A stretch of 64,000 bases of DNA from a virus (lineage: Duplodnaviria; Caudoviricetes): IMG/VR virus record IMGVR_UViG_3300036987_000310, positions 1-64,000 of that record; one strand, written 5' to 3'. A program made the position numbers and the translations under genes. The notes under the pieces are model-generated. The model saw only the letters and a program-made list of their open reading frames with translations. It ran no database searches and had not been told where the DNA came from. Numbering within the stretch: position 1 is the first letter of the stretch; each line of letters begins with the position of its first letter. Of this stretch, positions 18,060 through 26,322 are shown one piece after another.

Positions 18060-19089
18060 ACTGGTTCGATACACGATCTATTGCCACATTCACGTTGATT
18101 CTGGACGCCGCTATGTTGGTCTGACTTCTCAGACTGTGGAAAAGCGCTGGAAGAATCATATCCATGCAGCAAAGTCATCCAACGGAAAGAACTGTTTCCA
18201 CTTTGCCAATGCGATTCGCAGATATGGCAAGGATGCTTTCACACACGAGGTGTTGGAAGTTTGCACCGATTTGGACCAAGCGAATTTGGCTGAAGAATGG
18301 TGGATTCGACAGCTTGACACGAGAAATCCTGAATTTGGGTTCAACTTGAAGCAAGGCGGGTCTCACACTCCGCATCCGATCAAGAACCCTTGGGATCGTC
18401 CCGGGTATCGAGAAAAACACAAGGACGATATTTTGTCGTGTTTGACGCCTGAAGCAAAAGCGAAGTCTAAGGCTGCTGCAGGGACTTTTGAAGGGCGCGC
18501 GAAGCGCAGTTCCATGTCCAAAGCCAAATGGAAGGATCCGGAGTTCCGCGAAAAATGCTGCGCGGCATCCAAACAGACATGGTCCGATTTGGAAAGACGG
18601 TCCAAAATGTCTTTGACCCAGTCTGAGATATGGGAGAATTCGGATGTTCATGAAAGGGCGTCGCACGCCATAAAGAAAAAGTGGCAAGACGATGAATATC
18701 GGGCCGTTGTTTCATCAGCTTCAAAAGAGTCAAACAACAGGCCGAGTGTCAAAGAAAAACTTCGTCAAGCAAGAGTTGGAAAGAAAGCTTCTGACGAGAC
18801 AAAAGCCAAACTTTCAAACACAGTTAAACTAAGGTGGCAAGACCCCGCATATAGAGAGCGGCAGTTAGAAACGCATCGGGGAAAGTCCCCTGGTCAGTCT
18901 ACGCGCGACAAACTGCGTTTGACGAGCGGGAAGTTTGAAATGGAGGATGGAAAAATTGTCGCCAAGCTGTGCGACAAGCATGGCCGAGTTTTGCCGGGCG
19001 ATTTTAGCGTTCGCAGATTTGACGGTGGGAAGATCAGTGTTGTGTGTTTGCTTTGTTCTCGAGAAAGAGATACTATGTCGACGGCATAG
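18046..19089 (+). CDS. Free-standing GIY-YIG homing endonuclease with NUMOD3-like repeats
   Basis: YTIYCHIHVDSGRRYVGLT (GIY-YIG motif), RWKNH (conserved Arg), AEEWWI (Glu), GFNL (Asn). The basic helical C-terminus contains ASDETKAKLS-type repeats. Confidence 0.92.
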   Translation: MSSTKLVRYTIYCHIHVDSGRRYVGLTSQTVEKRWKNHIHAAKSSNGKNCFHFANAIRRYGKDAFTHEVLEVCTDLDQANLAEEWWIRQLDTRNPEFGFNLKQGGSHTPHPIKNPWDRPGYREKHKDDILSCLTPEAKAKSKAAAGTFEGRAKRSSMSKAKWKDPEFREKCCAASKQTWSDLERRSKMSLTQSEIWENSDVHERASHAIKKKWQDDEYRAVVSSASKESNNRPSVKEKLRQARVGKKASDETKAKLSNTVKLRWQDPAYRERQLETHRGKSPGQSTRDKLRLTSGKFEMEDGKIVAKLCDKHGRVLPGDFSVRRFDGGKISVVCLLCSRERDTMSTA

Positions 19090-19115
19090 CGGTATTATGA
19101 AGACGGACGTTTAGG

Positions 19116-19955
19116 ATGCCCCTGGCCCACATTCCATATTTCAAGCCGCCTTCATCCAATGAAGCCTCCACCGTGAACAACGGAATTGGGAGGCCGATGA
19201 TTTTTCAGGTCACGCAGGTCGGAACTCTCGAGCCCCTTTGGCCATATGTTCTTGCCTTGCATGTGAACCCGAGCTCTTTGCAAGAGCAGTTCACTAAAAA
19301 CAAGAATGTCGTCATGACGCGCGGCGGCTTTGTCGAATTTGTGTGGCCAGACGACTTGGACTCTCTTTCTGCTGATTCCACGACCGGAGCGTTCATAGGC
19401 CCGGATTCGGGGTTGACGTCGGATGGGGCCAACCCAAACTATGTCATGCGCCGCGGCGCGGATTCCACGAGAAGCTTTCGCGGGAGGCATGGAACGATAG
19501 CTTGGGAGAGACACACAGACCTTCTTGAGCTTTTTAGGTCAAACGGTCAAATTTTCAATGGCGGCGTTCCTGTTTTGCGCAGCCAAATTATGTGCATATA
19601 TGACCGCGGCATTTACTTTGGGTGGTTCACGAATTTTGACATAACAGAGACAGGCGACACGCCGTTTCAGTTCAAAGTTTCCTGGGAGTTCAAGGTTACG
19701 CGCGTCGTGTACAGAATTCCTGGAATTCCGGGAGACGAGCCTGTCTATGAACAAACATCAAACCCGACGACGCCAGGAAACAATCAGGACACGCGAGATC
19801 AAGAAATTAATCAGTTGTTCAGCTCAAACAACGATGTTGAACAGCCAATCGATCCTGATGTTCTCGCGGCAATGAAGCCTGTGGACAGCCCACCGTCGGA
19901 GTCGTCTCAACAGAGCTCGACGACAGACACCAGTTCTAAAACCAACACCCCCTGA
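19116..19955 (+). CDS. Tube-like baseplate protein (T4 gp48/gp54 or CIS tube-initiator-like)
   Basis: LHVNPSSLQEQFTK…TRGGFVEFVW…IYDRGIYFGWFTNFDITETGDTPFQFKVSWEFKV matches the tube-initiator pattern. First structural gene after the tape measure. Confidence 0.68.
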   Translation: MPLAHIPYFKPPSSNEASTVNNGIGRPMIFQVTQVGTLEPLWPYVLALHVNPSSLQEQFTKNKNVVMTRGGFVEFVWPDDLDSLSADSTTGAFIGPDSGLTSDGANPNYVMRRGADSTRSFRGRHGTIAWERHTDLLELFRSNGQIFNGGVPVLRSQIMCIYDRGIYFGWFTNFDITETGDTPFQFKVSWEFKVTRVVYRIPGIPGDEPVYEQTSNPTTPGNNQDTRDQEINQLFSSNNDVEQPIDPDVLAAMKPVDSPPSESSQQSSTTDTSSKTNTP

Positions 19956-19960
19956 GAGCC

Positions 19961-21865
19961 ATGCCGTCTTTTCTACAGCTACAAAACATCGCTTATGATT
20001 TGACGCAGTATCTGGGCTTGATCGGCACACACCCGTCTGTGCAAACGAAAGCGATTAGCGGCGAATCGTTTGCCACTTGCGTTACTTCTCAAAACTGGAA
20101 GCCGTTTGTTGTCGGAATCCTAGCGCCAGACAACCCAATAAACTTCGTTCCTGTTAGAAGAATAATGCAGGAAATCAAAAAAGCTGAAATGCCGCAAGGA
20201 CAGCTTCCCGGACAGGATCGCCCTACGTATGCTGAGGTGGACAAAGTAGCGAAGAGCGGAAAAGACGCTAAAGGAGCAAACGCGGGAAACATCGTGCCCA
20301 TGGAGCACAAAAACGTGCCCATTGACGAAGTAATATCAAGTCTTTCAAACGCGTGGGCGAAACGCTCCGGGTCTCCACCATCTCCAGAGCTATTGGCTCT
20401 TTTGGTTGGAAACCTGTTGAACGAATGCTCCGGCACCAAAATGAAAGATGGGAAAACGACGCTTCCGAGTTCGATCAGTCCGCCCAATTATAACGCGTGG
20501 GGGTACCATGACGTCGGAACGAAGCCTCCGACGTACATGGCCCAGTGGAATGCTGAAACGTCCATGTGGGAGGACGGCAAAGGAAACACTTGGTTCGCCA
20601 ACGGGGCTCAAGGTCAGAACGATGGAACTATCGGCATGCTGCGCGGAAAGCCCCCGAAAGCGCAGCTGTGGTTTGCTCCTCAAGATGGAAAATCGACTCT
20701 TCCTAGAGCTGGCGGGTCGAAACCGTCTAAGAAGGGGTCGTCGGCAGACAGTGACGCAGGCAACGCTCAGAAGTTTTACGCGGCCATAGATCGACCCGGG
20801 TCTAGGTTTCTTGGAACAGACACTGAAGGAGGCGTTGTTTACATAAGCAGCTATAGAGCTTTTCCCACATGGCAAGATGCTGCCGACGAATTCATCAGAT
20901 ACGTGTACACGAGCTTTCCGGACGTTAAAGACGCCACCACTCCTGAAGGTTACAACGATGCCATACAAAATAGGCAAACAAAGGTAGGGACGGGTGAAGT
21001 GGAAGCAGGTAGCGAAGAATGGGGTCGCTTATACAACTTTCACGACACTAGCGACAAAGTTAACGCTGACTATGTCAAGGGTTTGAGGAGAGCTCAAGAA
21101 GCGTTTTTGAACCATCAGGAGTCTCAGGGTCTTTCTGGCGGTAGCAGTGGCGTTGGCGGGGCTGACGCCACTGACGACCCGAGTCAGAGAATCATGGCCT
21201 ATGGCGCCTCCTTTGACCCGGATAACCCGCTGGAGCCTGCGTTTGGAAGAAACATCGCGGTGGACGAGTATAGAACGCTCATGCTCTACAGTCAGATGAA
21301 TGGCATCAAAGCCCAGCTTGAAGCCATGAGGAACATCCCCCAGCTTCTTCTTTTGGTGAACCCTCAAGAATTCAGAAGAAGCCACGAAAACATGGTAGAC
21401 TTTGGAACAAAAACCCGGGTTGGGAACGTTGTTCATACTTGGTTAGAGCAGCCCATAAAGATAAGCGCGAGCGGGCAAACGGCTTCTCAGTTTGCAGTAT
21501 ATGCAGACATGACCGGTGGTTTGACAAATTATAACCGAGTGCACAGCCTTAGTTATCGGAACCTGATGTCTCTGATGATGCTGTATAAGAACAACGGCAT
21601 GCTATACGACTTTCCGTCTGGAACCGACAGTGGAACTGGCGGACAATTCGGATCAGTTGCAGGAGACGGGTCCATAATTTTGACCGGATCCGTTTTCATT
21701 TACTATGACGATCATGTGTACATAGGGTCCTTTGACAATTTCAGCATCACGGACGATGCTAGCAAACCGCACAACTTGGCATACTCGTTTGCTTTCACTG
21801 TTCGATACGACATACACATCGACATCGGGGTTGACGCTCAGTTGTCGTCTGTGTTCCGAGGATAA
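19961..21865 (+). CDS. Second tube-like baseplate protein with an N-terminal GH73/lysozyme-like domain
   Basis: The C-terminus LLVNPQEFRRSH…YYDDHVYIGSFDNFSITDDASKPHNLAYSFAFTV is paralogous to 19116. The insert has LLVGNLLNECS…NYNAWGY…YRAFPTWQDAADEFIRY, resembling glucosaminidase motifs. Confidence 0.68.
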   Translation: MPSFLQLQNIAYDLTQYLGLIGTHPSVQTKAISGESFATCVTSQNWKPFVVGILAPDNPINFVPVRRIMQEIKKAEMPQGQLPGQDRPTYAEVDKVAKSGKDAKGANAGNIVPMEHKNVPIDEVISSLSNAWAKRSGSPPSPELLALLVGNLLNECSGTKMKDGKTTLPSSISPPNYNAWGYHDVGTKPPTYMAQWNAETSMWEDGKGNTWFANGAQGQNDGTIGMLRGKPPKAQLWFAPQDGKSTLPRAGGSKPSKKGSSADSDAGNAQKFYAAIDRPGSRFLGTDTEGGVVYISSYRAFPTWQDAADEFIRYVYTSFPDVKDATTPEGYNDAIQNRQTKVGTGEVEAGSEEWGRLYNFHDTSDKVNADYVKGLRRAQEAFLNHQESQGLSGGSSGVGGADATDDPSQRIMAYGASFDPDNPLEPAFGRNIAVDEYRTLMLYSQMNGIKAQLEAMRNIPQLLLLVNPQEFRRSHENMVDFGTKTRVGNVVHTWLEQPIKISASGQTASQFAVYADMTGGLTNYNRVHSLSYRNLMSLMMLYKNNGMLYDFPSGTDSGTGGQFGSVAGDGSIILTGSVFIYYDDHVYIGSFDNFSITDDASKPHNLAYSFAFTVRYDIHIDIGVDAQLSSVFRG

Positions 21866-21868
21866 AAC

Positions 21869-24800
21869 ATGCCGCGCACCTCTGCATTTAAAGGAACGTG
21901 GGAAGAAAATAAGCGGCCTTACATTACGATCGCTCCTGACGCATACGTTGCCATACAGGGGCAAACGAGTGTTATCACCTGCGGGGAATGCAACCGAAAA
22001 ATTGATGTAAACAAGTATTTGACAGGGATATCGACTGAAGCGTCTGTAGACTCGCCGCCCGGATCTGCAACAATAAACCTGTCGATTCCAGACACGGATG
22101 CCAACGATTTTTATATTGAAGGAAATTTCGTCATTATCCCAATGATGGAGATTGAAATATACGCCAAGGGGTACTACACAGTTGGCGGCCTTCCTCAGTA
22201 TTATAGGATCTTCTGGGGAATGGTCATCAGCATATCGAAGAATTGGTCAAACGGAACGACCACATACACTCTTAGCTGCAAAGACATGCTCCACTGGTGG
22301 GAGAAAACGAATATCATACTGAATCCTGCCTTCGTGGGAGGCGAGGGCGCGAGTTGCGGATACCAGCTGTTTCAAAATCAATTTGCTGGAATGAACCCGT
22401 ACACGATCATAATAGCATTGGCCAAAGAGTCCATGGGGGACTTCTCAATCACTGAAGGGTCGTTCACGTCTTACAAGCCAGAAGCAGGCCCCGAGGGGGC
22501 GGTTGTTGGACAGTATGCTAAAGACGTGATGGCATATTGGCAGTTAAAATTTGGGAACATTTGGAACTCTCTCGTTTTATATGGAACATCCGGGACTGCA
22601 TATACTTTTGAGGGAGTTGGCATGGACATCTCCCCGGTTCGATTTGCCAATTCGATTTTCAAGAACGAGGTTGAAGTTCTGGCAGAAAATGCTCTTACAG
22701 CTGATTTCAAGGTTCAGCCTCATGAAATAGCAGCGTTTAAAGTAGACATGCAGCGGGCGGGGGACGTTCAATTTTTTCAGAACGACACTCAAAGCAAGCT
22801 TTCTGTGGCGCTCACCGCCAGGGATCAAATTCAGTACGAGTTTTACTGCGACACGACTGGCGACATTGTGTTCAAGCCCCCATTTTATAATTTGAACACA
22901 ATTCCAAACAAGCCTGTGTCATGGATAAACGACTTTGAAATAATTGACGACAGCATAAACGACACTGAACAAGAAGTCACGACGCACATGACCTCGAGCG
23001 GAAATGCGTTTGGGGGAGTGACTGATTGGGGGCTGACTGACGAGATAACCGCTCCAAGAACTGGAGTCATCGACTGGCACTTGTTGAAACGGTATGGATG
23101 GAGAAGGCAAGATTTTCAGTGCGAATGGGCGGGAAACCCGAGAAAATTGTTCTGGTTTTTGCTCGACATGATGGACAGGGTGAATGCTAAGCGCCACAAT
23201 GGGACTGTCACTATTCCCATGCGTCCTGAAATTCGCATGGGCTTCCCTGTTTGGATCCCGTACTACGACTCGTTCTACTACGTGAACGGGGTGTCGCACA
23301 CGTACTCGCCTGGTGGCCAGGCTACGACAACGCTTCAGCTTGTGGCCAAAAGGTCGAAATTCATAGCTCCGAAAAATCTCGGGCGAATAAAGCGCATTCC
23401 GGCAAAGCCTGCAAACAAACCTTCGCCGAACGCTCAGTCCGGAAACAAGGCTGACAAAAATCAAAAAGCTGCCACAAAGACGGGGAATGACTCTTCTCCC
23501 AATCGGAAGTATCACACTTACGAAATCAGCTTTGACGGCGCTGTCGGACAAACCGCGGGACTCGGGACTGAAAATCAGCCCAATGAAGATCAGCCCGTGA
23601 TTATAAGAGACCCGACCACTGGCAAGCTTCTGGGGTATCCAAATGTTGTCATGGTGTATAGGACAACTTACGGAGGCCTTCCGCTTGTTGAACAAGCGAA
23701 GCAGCGTGGAAAAGTTGCTTCGCACACTAAGTCCACTAACTCGACTACGGTTTCCCAGTACAGATACGACCAAGTTGTGAGATCTCTTTACACACAACTT
23801 CAAAATGATCAAAGAACGGCAATCATAAACAGAATCCGCATGCACAGGTATGAGGCTGGCATGTCAAACGCTGGTCTCTACGACTATGCCGTAGATGAGA
23901 GCGGAGACTTTAAAGAAATGTCTGTCATTCCGATTGACTCCATCATATGGGGGGCCGGAACAGACGATCCGAAAGCTAAAAGCGGCGCTGTCACCTCCAG
24001 CACTTACGATCAAAGCAAAAACAAGAAAGGCAAGGGAGGCGTTCCTGGAGGAAAGACGCAAGAGCCCCCTGAAAAAGACCGAGGTCAGTCGCAGTATGAG
24101 GAGAGAACTGATCAGCTGAATGCAAAAATCAAAGCCATAAACGTTCAGCTGAATGGTGAAAAGTCAAAAGACAAGAAGTCCGATGGTGGTCTGATCGGAA
24201 AACAAAGAGAACTGGCGAAGAAGATGTCTGCTGCGAAAACAGACTTTCTTCAAACAGTGAAGAAAAATCATAAGGGCAAGGCGTACAATAGCGTAAAGCC
24301 TGAAGAGTATAGCGAAGAGGAAAAGCAGAAAAAAGCAACGGCTGATTCTTTGAAACAAGAATACGACGACGTCACTGCTCAGATAAAAGCGCTTCAAGCA
24401 GAGTCCACAGAGCTGAATAGACAGGTTAAAGACTTCAAGATTGCCAAAAACCTTAACGTTTCAGTTCGTCCCGTTTCTGACGAGTTTGGCTTTGAAGTCA
24501 TAGGGCACAATAGATACGGTCGCGGAGTTTTTGTGGACAGAGGACACTTGAAGTTGAGGATGGCTGGGCAGGAAGCGAACGAGCTTCGGATTCAGTTTTC
24601 TGCTTCTGGGGGCTTTTTGACAAATCCTCCCACAAACCTCAAGTTTGGTCTCCAAGCAGACACGACTCCTGCTGCTTTCGAAAAAATGCAGCCTGAAGAT
24701 TGGATCACTGGCGCATCGACGCATGCCCAAAATGAAGTCACCATGACGAGCGTCAACACATACTCGTCTGCTATAAATCACCAAATTGACGCTAACGCTC

Positions 24801-25912
24801 AAACTGGCGCCATTTTCATAGAAGCAGATGCAACAAGGCGCTCTAAAACGATTTGGGAGCTCCAACCGACGCTCAGCACTTTGGACGCCGTTGGATTTCC
24901 GGAGTGCAACTGTCAGATGAGCCGGTTTCAGTGGTACTCACTTCTTCCAAAATCGGTTTTGAACCAAATTTTGGGTCAGCAGGAATCTTATTATCTTGGT
25001 TCTGTCATATACGTCAGAACTGGATTCGTGTACGTCGATCCAAACACGGGCATGGAGACGCAGAACCCAACTTCAAGCGCCGTCAGGGATCCGGCAACCA
25101 TTTTTGCTGGTCCTGAAGACATTCAGAAGATCAATGACGAGTGGAACAACAAGCTTTTTGCTCTGTATGAAGCCACCGATCCTGTGACCGGAAAAAAACT
25201 TGAGAAGAGGGTGGAAGTTCCTGACAAGGAGTCCGCTTCGGCTCAAATAGAAGAGACGGGAGTCACGTCTGTCGGATGGGAAAACGGGGCAACCGTAAAA
25301 TCGACAAAGCCAGATTTTTTCACTTTGTTGAACGAATATCTTGTGGAAAGGTTCAACGAGAGCTTCAAATATAACGAGGAGCGCGAAATTCAAGACTCCG
25401 GAATAGACCTCGGCGTTGAGATTTTCGAGGCCGGGCAAGACTCATACATCGACCCGGACAGCGTGCTGGGAGCTTCTGGCGGCTCATTGTTTGACAGAGC
25501 TTCTTTGGGGGACCCTGATGCTCTTGAAGCTTTGCAAAATCAAGTGAACTTTGATTGGTCGTCGAGTGAGAAAGCTTTGGATGAGGCGCAAAAAGTTTCA
25601 AACGACGAAGGAGTTTTTGTATTCGGAACCTACGACAAGGAAGAATCCATGGCGCCTGGAACCGGGACTGCTAAGGAGTCTACAGGAGTTTCCCTCGGCG
25701 GTTCGCTCATTACTCCTGTTGGTGGAAACATAACCTCTTCTCAGCCCCAGCCGTTCACTCCGGCTCCGGTTAAGATCAACACCACCCCGACGATCCCGGA
25801 AAACAACGCTTTGCCCACGAAGACGTTCACCCCGAACTACACGTCTCCTTCAAAGTCCAATTCCCACTCTGAGGGACTGCTCGAGAACAATCCCTCTTTG
25901 TCGAAGAAATAA
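21869..25912 (+). CDS. Baseplate hub protein (gp27/gp44-like) with a long C-terminal extension
   Basis: Hub-like signature GTVTIPMRPEIRMGFPVWI…FYYVNGVSHTYSPGGQATTTLQL, plus YEFYCDTTGDIVFKPPFYN. Directly upstream of the spike gene. Confidence 0.78.
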   Translation: MPRTSAFKGTWEENKRPYITIAPDAYVAIQGQTSVITCGECNRKIDVNKYLTGISTEASVDSPPGSATINLSIPDTDANDFYIEGNFVIIPMMEIEIYAKGYYTVGGLPQYYRIFWGMVISISKNWSNGTTTYTLSCKDMLHWWEKTNIILNPAFVGGEGASCGYQLFQNQFAGMNPYTIIIALAKESMGDFSITEGSFTSYKPEAGPEGAVVGQYAKDVMAYWQLKFGNIWNSLVLYGTSGTAYTFEGVGMDISPVRFANSIFKNEVEVLAENALTADFKVQPHEIAAFKVDMQRAGDVQFFQNDTQSKLSVALTARDQIQYEFYCDTTGDIVFKPPFYNLNTIPNKPVSWINDFEIIDDSINDTEQEVTTHMTSSGNAFGGVTDWGLTDEITAPRTGVIDWHLLKRYGWRRQDFQCEWAGNPRKLFWFLLDMMDRVNAKRHNGTVTIPMRPEIRMGFPVWIPYYDSFYYVNGVSHTYSPGGQATTTLQLVAKRSKFIAPKNLGRIKRIPAKPANKPSPNAQSGNKADKNQKAATKTGNDSSPNRKYHTYEISFDGAVGQTAGLGTENQPNEDQPVIIRDPTTGKLLGYPNVVMVYRTTYGGLPLVEQAKQRGKVASHTKSTNSTTVSQYRYDQVVRSLYTQLQNDQRTAIINRIRMHRYEAGMSNAGLYDYAVDESGDFKEMSVIPIDSIIWGAGTDDPKAKSGAVTSSTYDQSKNKKGKGGVPGGKTQEPPEKDRGQSQYEERTDQLNAKIKAINVQLNGEKSKDKKSDGGLIGKQRELAKKMSAAKTDFLQTVKKNHKGKAYNSVKPEEYSEEEKQKKATADSLKQEYDDVTAQIKALQAESTELNRQVKDFKIAKNLNVSVRPVSDEFGFEVIGHNRYGRGVFVDRGHLKLRMAGQEANELRIQFSASGGFLTNPPTNLKFGLQADTTPAAFEKMQPEDWITGASTHAQNEVTMTSVNTYSSAINHQIDANAQTGAIFIEADATRRSKTIWELQPTLSTLDAVGFPECNCQMSRFQWYSLLPKSVLNQILGQQESYYLGSVIYVRTGFVYVDPNTGMETQNPTSSAVRDPATIFAGPEDIQKINDEWNNKLFALYEATDPVTGKKLEKRVEVPDKESASAQIEETGVTSVGWENGATVKSTKPDFFTLLNEYLVERFNESFKYNEEREIQDSGIDLGVEIFEAGQDSYIDPDSVLGASGGSLFDRASLGDPDALEALQNQVNFDWSSSEKALDEAQKVSNDEGVFVFGTYDKEESMAPGTGTAKESTGVSLGGSLITPVGGNITSSQPQPFTPAPVKINTTPTIPENNALPTKTFTPNYTSPSKSNSHSEGLLENNPSLSKK

Positions 25913-26296
25913 CTACCTCTGTCTTATTGCTTCGACAAATTTTGTCTCACACTTGCTTGGCTCCAGGAGATATAAGACGATTTGTTCCACAAATCTGCTT
26001 ATAGGAACAATCACATACATGGACTCAAAGCTTGACCCGTCCGACGACTGGTCGATCATGTGTCGAATGTTATTGACTGTGAACATCGCCACCACGTAGT
26101 TTTTTTCGTTTTCTGCATTAACAGAGCATTCCGTTTTTGCTTGTTTTCTGACGTGGGAAAGCAGATTTTTGTCTTCCGTATATAGACACACAGCCACATC
26201 ATGGCCTACTTGCATGGCGGTGCCTGCTGAGGTTTCCCAACGCCCTTTGTCTATAATAGCACCGCTTATGGTGACTGCTTGGATTTTCGACAGCAT
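25913..26296 (-). CDS. Hypothetical protein (127 aa) inserted antisense between hub and spike
   Basis: Occupies the whole gap with an ATG start. Its stop abuts the hub stop codon. Confidence 0.65.
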   Translation of the reverse strand: MLSKIQAVTISGAIIDKGRWETSAGTAMQVGHDVAVCLYTEDKNLLSHVRKQAKTECSVNAENEKNYVVAMFTVNNIRHMIDQSSDGSSFESMYVIVPISRFVEQIVLYLLEPSKCETKFVEAIRQR

Positions 26297-26322
26297 CTCT
26301 GACTTTACAAGTATGGTGACTC

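Noticed and set aside
18008-19115. Group I intron surrounding the GIY-YIG genes (also 58438..59676)
   Set aside because: The flanking genes end and start cleanly, and the intergenic gaps are too short for an intron core, so these are free-standing endonucleases.
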